Positions 40,358-51,502 of a stretch of 64,000 nt of DNA are shown in pieces; positions within the stretch are counted from its first letter, which is position 1, and each line of letters starts with the position of its first letter. The DNA lies in assembly GCA_963845755.1 (NCBI GenBank), contig CAWJTV010000011.1, positions 1,408,001 through 1,472,000 of the forward strand. The letters are read 5' to 3'. The stretch is from an uncultured Planctomycetota bacterium. Lineage in GTDB: Bacteria > Planctomycetota > Planctomycetia > Isosphaerales > Isosphaeraceae. Position numbers and translations under genes: made by a program. A model generated the notes under the pieces. It was not told the DNA's origin, made no database searches, and saw nothing but the letters and a program-made list of their open reading frames with translations.

Positions 40358-40603
40358 TTGGGAACGTACTACGCCAACGTCGGACCTGTCCGCGGATCCG
40401 CAATGTACCGCGATACTCCACCCGCCGCGGGAGTGCTGGAGTCGCCCGATAACGCGACGCTGATCGGCCAGGCAGCCGAGGCCGGATGGACGGAGAACGG
40501 CGTGGCGCTCTGGCGACTGATGGTCCGGGGGGTCGCCGTACCGGGCCGATGGTCGATCATCGACCGGCAGTTCATCCCCCAGTTCAAATCGAGTACGGAC
40601 TAG
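40358..40603 (+). CDS. Small hypothetical protein
   Basis: TTG after GGAG; protein-like sequence GVALWRLMVRGVAVPGRWSIIDRQF. No family recognised. Confidence 0.35.
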   Translation: MGTYYANVGPVRGSAMYRDTPPAAGVLESPDNATLIGQAAEAGWTENGVALWRLMVRGVAVPGRWSIIDRQFIPQFKSSTD

Positions 40604-41121
40604 AATCGAGAGTGAGAGACCCGTCCGGGTACCGTTCAAGAACCCTTCGCCGTTGACGTCGCCGAGGGTCAATCTTCCAGGATCCGCTCCGCGATCCGTG
40701 CGGCGCACACCCCGACGTCTCCCGGGCGGTCCACGTACCGCGCCCGCCGCAGGATAACGCTCCGAGATCGGTTGGGGTCGCGCAAGGCCCATCGGTCAAT
40801 CTTCGCCCGCAAGACGCCGCGGGTGTCGGCGACGGCAAGCCGGACAGCATCGCAGAAATCAGGCCCGCCGGTCGAACCGGGGATCTTGGATGAGACTAAT
40901 GATCCGCGACTTCGCAATAGACATCTCACCACGGTAGTATTTGCCGGCAAACTCTCTCGCGAAGGTCAAGACGTCGCCCAATTCAGACCTGGCGACAATC
41001 TCGTCGAATGACTCGAGGGAGTCCTTGGGGATCGGTTCCCCAATGCGTTCCGGCTCATCCGATCGTCTTTCCGTTGCACTCATCTTAATCCTCGGTGATT
41101 GGTCGCGAAACGAAGTGTTGG

Positions 41122-41337
41122 CTAGTGGGACCAGGGCCACGGCTCATCCTCAACCCGCCCGTCCGGATGCCGGATCATCCTGCCCTCACGACCGGCTGGT
41201 ATGCCCAGCCGGAAACGGCTCCGACCGGGTCTCGTCCACATCGTACCGTCTCGGCGGCTCATCCCGGACGATCCCCGGATGCCCTCGAGGGTATCGGCGT
41301 CGTCGATGCCTCGGCCCTTCTGGCTGACTCGGAACAT
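41122..41337 (-). CDS. Small hypothetical protein; frameshifted
   Basis: MFRVSQKGRGIDDADTLEG..RYDVD..PFPAGHTSR..GRMIRHPDGRVEDEPWPW read across frames; ATG after GGAG. Confidence 0.45.
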   Translation of the reverse strand: MFRVSQKGRGIDDADTLEGIRGSSGMSRRDGTMWTRPGRSRFRLGIPAGREGRMIRHPDGRVEDEPWPWSH

Positions 41338-42198
41338 GGCGGCTCCGCCTGGTCGATAGATCAATAGCCAGCAGTAGTTAACCCAGATCGCTGTTTCCAG
41401 TCCAGAATGCCAAGATCCCGCGCCCTTCCTTATACCTCACTCGAGGCGCCTCTGGGCATCCTGTAGCAATCCTTTGTCTCGGAACCCATGTCTTCTTTGA
41501 GGTTTTGGGGCCTGGCGTCCCGAAAACGAAACCGGCCGGACCCTCGAGGAGACCGCACCCCGGGACAAGGACCTCCAACGAGGACACGCTGATCAGGCGT
41601 ACGGAGGCTCAACCAGAGGGGTGGGCGCGAGGATGGCCGCTTGCTAGAATCTGCCACCAATGCGATGTCCATCGGCCTGAGTGGCAACGGGGCCTCGGCA
41701 GGGATGCCGCAAACCGCGATGGGTCATCAACTGAAGGCCGGCCCAGGCCAGCAGCACGAGAGCGGTCCCCGATCCCTGTGTTCAAGACCGAGACCGAACT
41801 CGGGTAGAGGGCAAGGGCTGTCATTCAGTCCGAAAGCAACAGTCTTCCCCAGTGCCTGCGAATCACGGCGTGATCCCGCCAGAGGCCAAGGGTCGCCATC
41901 GAGCACCTTGTCCTCGTTGCGCCATCCGTTGCATCGGACGGATGGCTCCGAGGTGCACCTGATGTCAACGCCGAGGCTACCAATGGTAAACCATTTAATC
42001 TGGAGAAACGGCATCGACACAGCCCTGTCAACAGGTTGTCAAAAAGGACTCACCCACGTCCGGTCCAGCGCCGGTCATGCACTCCTCTGTCCTCGCCATG
42101 GACAACAACGTGACGATGAGACCCACTTTGTTAGGCAGCTATTTCTCTTAAATGCGTGCTCAATTTCCCCAAATTGACCCAAAAAAAACTCGAACGCC

Positions 42199-42226
42199 TT
42201 GCAAAGCAGATTTCGCACGCTATAAT
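42199..42226 (+). promoter_or_regulatory. Candidate sigma-70 promoter
   Basis: TTGCAA-N16-TATAAT, preceded by an A-tract at 42181-42188, upstream of the hybrid kinase. Confidence 0.55.
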
Positions 42227-42450
42227 CTACACCGGACAGCAACTATAGGATGTCTCGAGTGAACGCGAGGATGCGTGAGATGAGCGCTGCTGTGCCGGCA
42301 GCGTGGGCGATGATGCGAAGGATGCAAGGCGAACTCAACCGAGGTCGATGAGGTCAGGCGACCGTTCCTGATCCGCATCTCCGGCCCACCTCTTGCCTTG
42401 AGGCCGGCCCCTCCCGTGTGTTCGCCGCCGCATCCGCGGAGCTTTGCACC

Positions 42451-42735
42451 ATGGTCGCGACCGCGACGCGCGAAGGACCCCGATCTCACACGACGCCCAC
42501 TCCCGCGCCCTGCGCCCCTGGGCGGCCGGGGCGCTTCCGCGACGAGGAGGTTGAACTGGTCGCGCGGGGCACCCGGCGCGACCAGGAGGCCCGCGCCTGC
42601 CTGGTCCGGGCCAAACTCGGGCTGGTCCACATCATCGCCCGGGCCTTCCGGGATCGGGAGCCGGAGATGGACGAACTGATCGGCGAGGGGAACCCGGGTC
42701 TGATCCGGGCTGCCAAGGAGTTCGATGCGCCGACG
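42451..42735 (+). pseudogene. RpoD/RpoS-type sigma-70 region 1.2-2 remnant, in frame with the downstream kinase
   Basis: EEVELVAR..DQEARACLVRAKLGLVHIIARAF..MDELIGEGNPGLIRAAKEFD resembles ANLRLVV.IA..DLI.EGN.GLIRA..FD, but the G.RFSTYA motif and regions 3-4 are absent. Confidence 0.7.
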
Positions 42736-42777
42736 ATTCTCCGAGAACACTCTTTGCGGCGAGGGAGCCACGCGGAA

Positions 42778-44634
42778 ATGGATGCCCATCGATCACCGCG
42801 GAAGTGGCACGATGCCTCCGCTGTAACCGTCGGCGTGGCCCTGCTTTTCAGCCTGGGCCTGGGCGGGCCGATCGGCCCGCTGTACTTCGTTCCGTTCCTC
42901 CTCGCCGTCCTGGTCAGTGCGTTGGTCGGTGGAACGCAGCCGGGCCTGACCGCCGCCGGGCTCTCGCTGGTGACCCGCTGCCTCCTCGCCGCATTAATGG
43001 ACCGGTCCCTCGGTCTGCTGGCCATCGGCATGTGGCAGGTCAGCTTCTCCGGGGTCGAGGTCCTGTACGTCTACTTGATCGCGGCACGGCGACGCGATGA
43101 GGCGGCCCTCTGCCGTAGCGAGCGGCGGCTCCGTCTGCTGACGGAGGCCCTGCCCCAACTGGTCTGGGCCGCGCCGACCGATGGCGGAGCCACCTACTTC
43201 AACCGGCGGTGGTACGAGGTCACTGGCCTAACGCCGGCGACGAGCGGCGGCGATGTTTGGTCGCGTATCATCCATCCGGAGGATCGTCGCCGTCTCTTCG
43301 ACGCATGGAATCAAGCGGCCCGCTCCGGGACAGCCTACGAGGTCGAGTGTCGCCATCACTGTGCCGACGGGACCTATCGCTGGTTCCTGGTCCAGGGCGT
43401 GCCCTCGACGGATGCCGCGGGCCGCGGCGTCGAGTGGTTCGGCACCTGCACCGACATCGATGAGCAGAAGCGAGCAGCGGCCGCCCTCGCGGAGGCGACC
43501 CGGGCGAAGGACGAGTTCCTGGCCGTCCTGTCCCACGAACTCCGCACGCCGCTCACGCCCGTGCTGATGGCGGTGACCGCCCTGCTGGACGACCGGCAGT
43601 CCTACCCCTCGCTCCGTCCCACGCTGAAGATGATCCGCGACAATGTACGGCTGGAAGCCCGGCTGATCGATGACCTGCTGGATATCTCGCGGATCGCACG
43701 CCGCCAGATGGAGTATCGGCTCGAAGTCGTCGACGTCCATACTCTGATCGAGCGGGCCGTAGGAATTTGCCAGGGCCAGATCGAGAGCAAGGGCCACCAC
43801 CTGACGATCGACCTGGCGGCCGTCGAGCATCACGTGCGCGGCGACCCGGCCCGATTGCAGCAGGTGCTCTGGAACCTGATCACCAACGCAGCGAAGTACA
43901 CCCCGGAGGGCGGACGGATCGCCATCCGCACGCTCTCATACGGCCCGGGGCTTCTGGCCGTCGAGGTCGCTGACAATGGCATCGGCATCCACTCCGAGCT
44001 CCTCCCGCGCCTGTTCAACGCCTTCGAGCGGGGCCAAGGGGCGGCAGCCTTCCATGCGAGCGGATTGGGATTGGGCCTGACGATCAGCCGCTCGATCGTG
44101 GAGGCTCACGGCGGGACCTTGCAGGCGGCCAGCGACGGCCGGGATCAGGGGGCAACGTTCCGGCTGGAGCTGGCAACGGCCACCTCTCCGGGCGAATCCG
44201 GGGAGCTGCTCGCACGACCGCCGATCGCGGCGGGCCGACGCTTGCGGGTGCTGCTCGCCGAGGACGACGCCGCGACGGTGGAGACCGCGGCGAAGGTGCT
44301 GCGACAGCAGGGGCACGTGGTCACGATAGCCACCAGCCTGAGCCAAGCCCTGGCGGTCGTCTCCGACGAATTCGATGTGGTGGTCAGCGATATCGAGTTG
44401 GGTGACGGCAGCGGGCTGGAGTTGATGCGGCGCGTCCGCTCTCAGGGCGACACGCCGGGGATCGCCGTAAGCGGCTACGCCTCGGAGGACGACGTACAGC
44501 AGAGCCGGGAGGCGGGCTTCGCGGTTCATCTGTCCAAGCCGATCACCTTCGAAATGCTGGAGTCGGCCATCCACCAGGTCACCGCCGGCCGATTCTCCTG
44601 CCTCTCGTCGTGGGTTGACGATGTCCTCATGTAA
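42778..44634 (+). CDS. Membrane hybrid sensor kinase (DUF4118-like TMs, PAS, HisKA, HATPase, REC)
   Basis: Hydrophobic N-terminal segments; PAS YFNRRW..IIHPEDR..DGTYRWFL; LSHELRTPL; NLITNAAKYT; DNGIG; GLGLGL; VVSDIEL..HLSKP. The frame is open from 42418. Confidence 0.92.
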   Translation: MDAHRSPRKWHDASAVTVGVALLFSLGLGGPIGPLYFVPFLLAVLVSALVGGTQPGLTAAGLSLVTRCLLAALMDRSLGLLAIGMWQVSFSGVEVLYVYLIAARRRDEAALCRSERRLRLLTEALPQLVWAAPTDGGATYFNRRWYEVTGLTPATSGGDVWSRIIHPEDRRRLFDAWNQAARSGTAYEVECRHHCADGTYRWFLVQGVPSTDAAGRGVEWFGTCTDIDEQKRAAAALAEATRAKDEFLAVLSHELRTPLTPVLMAVTALLDDRQSYPSLRPTLKMIRDNVRLEARLIDDLLDISRIARRQMEYRLEVVDVHTLIERAVGICQGQIESKGHHLTIDLAAVEHHVRGDPARLQQVLWNLITNAAKYTPEGGRIAIRTLSYGPGLLAVEVADNGIGIHSELLPRLFNAFERGQGAAAFHASGLGLGLTISRSIVEAHGGTLQAASDGRDQGATFRLELATATSPGESGELLARPPIAAGRRLRVLLAEDDAATVETAAKVLRQQGHVVTIATSLSQALAVVSDEFDVVVSDIELGDGSGLELMRRVRSQGDTPGIAVSGYASEDDVQQSREAGFAVHLSKPITFEMLESAIHQVTAGRFSCLSSWVDDVLM

Positions 44635-45027
44635 GCCCGAAGCGGTGCGTTACGGCGCCCCGTGGACCGGGCAGTCGGTGCGAGCCGGACCCGTTCGCGG
44701 CTCATGCCGGCTCAACGATGAAGTCTCGGTTTCCAAGCATAGAAGGATGCGGGCCCTCAACGGCTTCGCCCCGGGCGCTGAAGTTAGTGGCGTTGCCTTT
44801 CAACGGTGGCGGGGATGTCCCGCCAGGACGATCGGTATTCCCTCGTGATCCGCGCCTCGCAGAATCGGGGCTTGGTTCCGGTTGATCAGACGTTCGTGAC
44901 GTTCCAACCGAACTTCGCCCTTCGGGGCAGGCCCAGGCGGGTCGGATCAGCCGACCGCTCGACTGGCGGTCGAGATGGATGAGTCCGAGGTGGCCATGCA
45001 TCGCTCTCATCGGGGAGGCGGACTTCC

Positions 45028-46584
45028 ATGAACTATCCCAAGACACTGCTCGTCAGCCAGGACCCGTCGTTGATGGAGGCCGTCCGCGGGGCCTTCTCAT
45101 CGACGCGCGGGTTCCAACTCGAGGTCGTCGCGGAGATCGAGACGGCCTGCAAGAGAATTCTAGAACACGATCAGGTCGTTGTCACCCTGATCCACCTCGA
45201 TGGGCGGACAAATGTCGCCGGATTGACGCAAATCCTCCAAGTGGCGGCCCAGGCGGCCCGGCCAGTGGTGACGATCGTCATCTGCGAGCACGAGTACCCC
45301 GAGCAGAGCCTGGCCCTGGCGCGGCTCGGCGTGGCGGACTGCCTGGGCCGGCCGCTGAACCTCGGCCGCCTGGCGTACCTGATCGATTCTCTGACGCTCA
45401 AGGCCCGGCATGAATCCCGCCGGGCTCCGGCACCGGAGCCGGCCCCGAGCGAGGTCCTATCGCTGGGGGATGAGTCGCCGTTCCTGTTCGCGTCCAACAC
45501 GCGGATGGGTCGGATGGCCGAGCAGATCAAGCGGATCGCCCCGCTGGACACGACGGTGATGATCGGGGGTGAGACGGGGACGGGTAAGACGCAGCTCGCC
45601 GGGGTGGTCCATCGACTCTCGTCGCGGCGGGACGAGCCGTTCCTGACGATCAACTGCGGGGCGCTGGCGGCCAACCTGATCGAAAGCGAGATGTTCGGGC
45701 ACGTGAAGGGGGCCTTCACCGGGGCCGACTCCGAGCGCATCGGCAAGTTCGCCGCCGTCGGCCGTGGCACGCTGTTCCTGGACGAGATCGACTCGCTGCC
45801 GACGGAGCTCCAGGCCAAGCTGCTGCGGGTCGTCGAGGAGCGGGTCTTCGAGCCGGTCGGGTCGAACAAGACGATGAAGCTGCGGGCCCGCCTGATCGTG
45901 GCCAGCAACAGGCCACTCGAACGAGAGGTCGCCGCCGGCCGGTTCCGGGCCGACCTGTTCTACCGATTCAACGTAGTCGCCTTCGAGCTGCCCCCCCTGC
46001 GGGACCGCGTGAACCTGATCCCGTCCCTGGCCCGCTCGCTGTTGGCCGAGTACGCCGCCCGCGATGGCCGCCGGATCGTGGGCATCGCGCCCGCGGCCAT
46101 GCAGGCCCTGGCCGCCTACACCTGGCCGGGCAACATCCGTGAGCTCCGCAACGTGATGGAACGCGCCGTCGCCCTCTGCCCCGGAGAGGTCGTCGAGCTG
46201 GATGACCTGCCCGACGTCTTCCACGGGATCGCACCGACCACAGCCCCTGGACGAGAATCGCCGTCGTCTGCGGCCGGATCACCGGACGCGCCGGGTGGCG
46301 GCCCTAATGCGCCGATCACGGCCTTCGAAGTTGCTGTCGGTCCGCTCCCCCGGGCCCCCGCGACCCTCCCCTTCGCCGCGCCGGCCGCAAACCTGTGGGC
46401 CGCCGATGGATCGCCCTCGGGCCGCTCTGCCCTGGCGACGTCCAAGGATCGGGCCGAGCTCTCGACCATCACCCAAGCGCTGGAGCGCCACGGCCACAAC
46501 CGCCTCCGCGCCGCCGCCGAGCTGGGCATCAGCCGAATGACCCTTTACAAGAAGCTCCACAAGTACGGGCTGATGGAGGCCTGA
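45028..46584 (+). CDS. Sigma-54 enhancer-binding protein (atypical receiver, AAA+, Fis HTH)
   Basis: GETGTGKT, ESEMFGHVKGAFTGA, LFLDEI, WPGNIRELRN, AAAELGISRMTLYKKL. Confidence 0.95.
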   Translation: MNYPKTLLVSQDPSLMEAVRGAFSSTRGFQLEVVAEIETACKRILEHDQVVVTLIHLDGRTNVAGLTQILQVAAQAARPVVTIVICEHEYPEQSLALARLGVADCLGRPLNLGRLAYLIDSLTLKARHESRRAPAPEPAPSEVLSLGDESPFLFASNTRMGRMAEQIKRIAPLDTTVMIGGETGTGKTQLAGVVHRLSSRRDEPFLTINCGALAANLIESEMFGHVKGAFTGADSERIGKFAAVGRGTLFLDEIDSLPTELQAKLLRVVEERVFEPVGSNKTMKLRARLIVASNRPLEREVAAGRFRADLFYRFNVVAFELPPLRDRVNLIPSLARSLLAEYAARDGRRIVGIAPAAMQALAAYTWPGNIRELRNVMERAVALCPGEVVELDDLPDVFHGIAPTTAPGRESPSSAAGSPDAPGGGPNAPITAFEVAVGPLPRAPATLPFAAPAANLWAADGSPSGRSALATSKDRAELSTITQALERHGHNRLRAAAELGISRMTLYKKLHKYGLMEA

Positions 46585-46808
46585 CGAATCCCGGTCGGAT
46601 GGATCCTGGCCCGCTCACCCGTCCCTCCTTCTCGGGCTTGGAGTCGTCTCGCCCGTATCGCAGAAAATGCCGTCGCGACGCCGCCCTGCAATCCGGAGGC
46701 TACACTTTGGGATTGGCAGCGATCGAGGGGCGAGGTGACCCTTGCCCCGGTCCGTCGCTCCCGAGCACCCCGTAAGTGACAAGGCCGCCGAAAGAAAGGA
46801 GCAAGTCG

Positions 46809-47142
46809 ATGGGTCGTTCTCGTCTCGGGGACTTCGCGCGTATCGCGGTCCTCCTGGTCGCCGCGCTCACGCCGGTGCCGGCCCGAGCCGGTGGGCACAA
46901 GGATCGCCACTGCGCGAACGCCCCCGGCCACGTCGATCCGGCCGCGATCCCAAGGGCCTATCCCCCCCCCGGGTTCGATCACTTCCGCGCCCGGAAATCC
47001 CTGGTGTTACGCCATCCCGATCCAGGCGGTCTACCAGTTTCCCGCCGTGATGGCGAATCAACCGGGGGCCGAAGTCGGGTGGCTCCGGGTGCATCCGGAA
47101 TACGGCCTCCTCGGTGGCCAACCCCACCTCTACCACCCCTGA
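46809..47142 (+). CDS. Small exported Pro-rich hypothetical protein; probable frameshift near 46921
   Basis: ATG after AAGGAG; signal peptide IAVLLVAALTPVPARA; plausible continuation in ORF 46891..47142 after a C homopolymer. Confidence 0.5.
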
Positions 47143-47472
47143 GGCTCGGGGGCGAGTGCGAGTGCGGCACCGATCGGGACGCTGGCCCGGCGCGCCCGCC
47201 ATCCGGATGGGCCGACAATTCCGCTCCGGGGGCCGCGCCACTCGCCCAAGGCACTCCCGGGGCGGAACCCTCACCGCCCGGGTATTGCGGCGCGCAGGAC
47301 GTGTTGGCCAATCGTCCCTCCCCACAGCCGTTGTTTTCAACCGTCCCAGCATGGGAAAGCATCCAACACCTGATGCTCCTCTTAATAAGCTTGCTCAAGT
47401 CGTGCTTTCCGCCGCTCCGATATCATCTTTGATGATTTTTCTGGTCTTAATAACCAGACGGGGTCGAAAAAC

Positions 47473-49517
47473 ATGGCGATTCTCCGTGGTCACAGGGTCG
47501 CCGTTGATGCGCGTCTCCTCTCATCACCGAGGCGTCTCCTCGCTCTCGTGGCTCTGACGGCGGTGCTGAGCCATGCGGCGCAGTGCAGGCGCCGTTCCCT
47601 CCGGCATCGCCACCGCCGTGGATTCCATCCGCGGCCAAACCGCTCGAGGCGTTGCCGGCAGGTAGCCCGGCGTCCGGGTGGCCCCACGATTCTCCGAGGA
47701 GAGCGAGATCCCGGCGAGCTTGCCCCGGGTCCCGTTGTCGGAGCCCCGACCGGCGCAAGGTCCTCGCTCCGCGGCCTCGTTCGTCGAGAGCCTCAAGGGC
47801 AACGACGCTACCTTCGATGTCCTGGTGAACCAGGCACGGATCCTCACGCTCAAGCAGGATCTCATCGCCGGGCCAGCCCGGCCGCTGATCGCCGTCGGCG
47901 ATCCGACGATCCTGGACTTCACCATCGTCAGCCCTCGCCAGCTCCGGATCAGCGGCCGGGCGATCGGCGTGACCGACTTGTCGATCACGAATGCGCAGAA
48001 CGAGACCGTCGCCTTCGAGGTCCGGGTCCTCGCCGACCTGACGCTGATCCAGGGCACGTTGCGGACGATCTTCCCGGACGCGAGCATCCACCTCAGCCAG
48101 GTCCGGGACCATATCGTGATCGAGGGCGAGGCGCGGGATCCGGCGCAGATCGCTCGGATCATTCAGACGCTTTCCGCCTACCTCGCCTCGGTCTTCGTCC
48201 AGCAAGGGCGGACGGTCGCCGTCGGGCAGACCGGGCAGATCATGCAGGCGATGCAAGCCACGGGGCCCCAGGCACCAGGCGCGGCGGCCGGCGGCATGGC
48301 GGCCGGGGCCGGGGGCATGGCGCCCGAGGCTGGCGGCCAACGCTCCGGCGCCGGGGGCGTGCCGGGACAACCGACGATCGCCGGCATGCCGGGGCCAGTC
48401 GGCCCCGGAGGTCCCGGGACCGCGTTCAACCCGCTGGCCGCGTACGCGACCTCGGCGGAGCTTTCGGGTAACAGCCTTATCGCCAACCGCGGCGTCGCAC
48501 CCCAGATCATCAACTTGATGCGAGTCGCCGGCTCGCAGCAGGTGTTGCTCAAGGTCCGCATCGCCGAGCTCAACCGGACCGCCCTGCGACGGATCGGCGC
48601 CAACTTCCTGGGCGTGGATCCCCGGACGGGGGGCATCGTCGGCTCGATCATCGGCGGGCCGACCAACTTCCAGGGGACAATCGGCCAGCCGGGCCAACTG
48701 GTCCGGGGCAAACAACTCTTCGGCTCCGCGAGCATGCTCCAGAATGGGTTGGACACGACTGTCTTCGGCATCTTCCAGGACGCCAACTTCGAGTTCGCAC
48801 TCGGCGCCCTGCGGCAGAACGGGCTGCTCAAGATCCTCGCCGAGCCCAACCTCGTGGCGCTCAACGGTCAGACCGCCAGCTTCCTGGCCGGCGGCGAGTT
48901 CCCGGTGCCCGTCCCCCAGGTCAGCGCCTCAGGCGTCGCCCCGACGATCACCGTCCGGTTCCGCGAGTTCGGCGTCCGCGTCGGCTTCGTCCCTTATATC
49001 CTCGACGGCGACGTCATCCGGCTCACGGTCGCCCCCGAGGTCAGCAACATCGACAACACGATCGCCGTCACCCTGGTCGCGGGCGGCACGCCGGTCCCCG
49101 GCCTCGATACCCGCAAGGCGCAGACGACCGTCGAACTCCGCGAGGGGCAGACCCTGGCCATCGCCGGCCTGCTGCAATTGTCGCTCAACGGCAATACCGC
49201 GCATCCCCGTCCTGGGCGACTTGCCGATCATCGGGCCGTTCTTCAGCAACACCTCCAGCCAGCGGACCGAGAAGGAGCTCGTCGTGCTGGTGACGCCGTA
49301 CCTGATCGAGCCGATGAGTCCCGGCCAGGTCCCGCCGACGCCCGGCGACGAGGTCAAGGAGCCCAACGACCTGGAGCTCTTCTTCCTCAACCGGATCGAG
49401 GCCCGCACCGGCAAGGACTTCCGCTCCACGACCGAGTGGGACGACCGCTTCGGCCTCCGCCGCCACCTGAAGCTGGAAAAGAAGTATGTCAATGGCCCGG
49501 TCGGATTCTCGGAGTGA
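47473..49517 (+). CDS. cpaC: Tad/Flp pilus secretin CpaC/RcpA; frameshifted
   Basis: Signal peptide; N-domain IAVGDPTILD..GRAIGVTDL; QQVLLKVRIAELNR; ILAEPNLVALNGQTASFLAGGEFPVP; IPVLGDLPIIGPFF..EKELVVLVTPYLI. Confidence 0.92.
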
Positions 49518-49621
49518 CGGAGATCCGTCCGGCCGCCTGTCCCGCATCGGTCTTCGATCGCCGTCACGGAGCATCGGGCGATCGTCCCGAGATCGACGAC
49601 TGACCAATGGAGGGTAAGCGA

Positions 49622-50401
49622 ATGCCTCGTGCACTCCGACGGAACCTGCTGCTCTTCGCCGGGCTGATGCTCGCCGGCGCTCAGGGTCCCGCCGCGTCGG
49701 CCCAGGAGGGCCCGACGCCTGCGGCCCCGCTGTCGGCTGCGAGCCTACCCGGCTTGGTGGCCGCGCCCGCGGCGGCTCCCCTGGTCGCGCCGGCCGCGAC
49801 GGCGTCCGGGGGATGCACCTGCGGCAATCGCCGCGGCCTGAGCCGCTGGCGGCATCACCGCGCCCACTGCAAGCGGCACCTCCAGGACCGCTTCCTGGGC
49901 TTCGCCGAGGAATTCAACGAATGGCCGCTGGGCGAGTCGGCCTACGCCCATGCCCGGAGTCAGGTGGCCAACGGCCAGGCCGCCCGGATGGTCTTCTACC
50001 ATTACGACTTCGTCGATGACACGCCGCAGCTCAATACCCGGGGCCGCGACAAGCTGGCCGCGGTCGCCGCGGCGCTCCCGACCAACTTCTTACCGATCGT
50101 GGTCGAGCGCACGCCCAGGGAGCCCGGCCTCGATGATTCCAGGAAGTCGGTCCTCCTCGCCGAATTGGGCCGCGGAGCATTCCCAGTCCCCGCCGAGCGG
50201 ATCCTCATCGGCCCCGGCATCGCCCATGGCATGACCGGGTTCGAGGCCTACTACGCCATCTATCCCGGCCAGATCTCGAACCTGTCCTCGGGCGGGGCGA
50301 TCGGGGGCGCCGGTGCCACCGGCTTCGTCGGCGGCGGCCTGGACTTCAATGCGGGGGGACTCTCCGGTGGTGCCGTCGGCGGCGGCGCCGCGGGCCGGTG
50401 A
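49622..50401 (+). CDS. Exported hypothetical protein following the secretin
   Basis: Signal peptide NLLLFAGLMLAGAQGPAASA; QVANGQAARMVFYHYDF..LNTRGRDKL; Gly-rich tail. Confidence 0.72.
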   Translation: MPRALRRNLLLFAGLMLAGAQGPAASAQEGPTPAAPLSAASLPGLVAAPAAAPLVAPAATASGGCTCGNRRGLSRWRHHRAHCKRHLQDRFLGFAEEFNEWPLGESAYAHARSQVANGQAARMVFYHYDFVDDTPQLNTRGRDKLAAVAAALPTNFLPIVVERTPREPGLDDSRKSVLLAELGRGAFPVPAERILIGPGIAHGMTGFEAYYAIYPGQISNLSSGGAIGGAGATGFVGGGLDFNAGGLSGGAVGGGAAGR

Positions 50402-50523
50402 GCCCCGATCGTTCCGCCTCCGTCGTCGTTATGTCCATCCGAGAGGTGGCCCGCAGGAGGAAGTCCACCCAGCCCATTCCGGCGGACCACACCGCAGTCA
50501 TAGCCCATGAAGGGTTTCAAGCC

Positions 50524-51435
50524 ATGACGGCCACGCGTCGAACGCAATGCCTGGGGAGAGCGCTAGCGGCTGGGGCCTTGCTCGGTCTGGTCGGTTGCCA
50601 TCAGTTCCCGTCCCCTCTCGGCAATCGAGCCGACCGGGGCCGCAATCAGGAGCCGAACGGCAGTTCGATCACGCCGGCCCAGGAGGCCGACGTGCAGATC
50701 AGCCTGGGCCGGGTGGCCGAGAAGCAGGGAGAACTGGAGCAGGCGATGGCCGCCTACCGCGCCGCCCTGGCTCGCGACGGCCGCCGCGCCGACGCCTACC
50801 TACGGATGGCGGTCCTCCACGATAAGCAAGGGAAGTTCCGGGAGTCCGCCGAGCTCTATCGCAAGGCCCTCGCCTTACGACCCGGCGACCCCGAGATCTT
50901 CTGCGACATGGGTTATAGCTTCTACCTCCAGCGCCGCTGGACGGAGTCGGAGCAGAATCTGCGCCAGGCGATCGCGGTCGATCGGGACCACCGCCGCGCC
51001 CACAACAACCTGGCCCTGCTCCTGGTCCGCAACAACCGTCTGGAGGACGCCCTGGCGGAGTTCCGCGATGGCGGCAGCGAGCCCGCCCAGGCGCACCTGA
51101 ACCTGGCCTTCGCCCTGACCATGGAGCGACGCTGGGAATCCGCCCGGGAGCACTACCAGCGCTCCCTGGCCCTCGATCCCGCCTCACAACTCGCGAAGGA
51201 CCGCCTGGGCCAGTTGAATGCCCTGGCCGCGAAGTTGGAGAATCGCCGGGACGGCACTCCACAGGACCCGCACGTGCTCGTCACCTCGGCCGACCACCCG
51301 CCGCCAGGGCGTGACGCCATGGTGAAACCGTGGGCGACCGTCGACTCGCCCGCCGGTACCACCCCACGGCTCCGGCCCGGCCCTTCGGTCGAGGCGGCGG
51401 TGGCCCCGCTCAACAGGCGAGATCCCGGGCCGTAA
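50524..51435 (+). CDS. TPR lipoprotein, TadD-like
   Basis: Lipobox GALLGLVG-C; tandem TPRs (DMGYSFYLQRRW, AHNNLALLL, AHLNLAFAL); Tad locus context. Confidence 0.82.
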   Translation: MTATRRTQCLGRALAAGALLGLVGCHQFPSPLGNRADRGRNQEPNGSSITPAQEADVQISLGRVAEKQGELEQAMAAYRAALARDGRRADAYLRMAVLHDKQGKFRESAELYRKALALRPGDPEIFCDMGYSFYLQRRWTESEQNLRQAIAVDRDHRRAHNNLALLLVRNNRLEDALAEFRDGGSEPAQAHLNLAFALTMERRWESAREHYQRSLALDPASQLAKDRLGQLNALAAKLENRRDGTPQDPHVLVTSADHPPPGRDAMVKPWATVDSPAGTTPRLRPGPSVEAAVAPLNRRDPGP

Positions 51436-51471
51436 CTCCGGGTGTCAATCAGCGGCGATGGCGAGCGTAAA

Positions 51472-51502
51472 CGTTGACATCGTCTGTCAACGAAGGTTGA
51501 CA
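51472..51502. promoter_or_regulatory. Overlapping TTGACA/TGTCAA palindromes upstream of the glycosyltransferase block
   Basis: cgttgaca-tcgtc-tgtcaacg overlaps tgtcaac-gaag-gttgaca. Confidence 0.45.
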
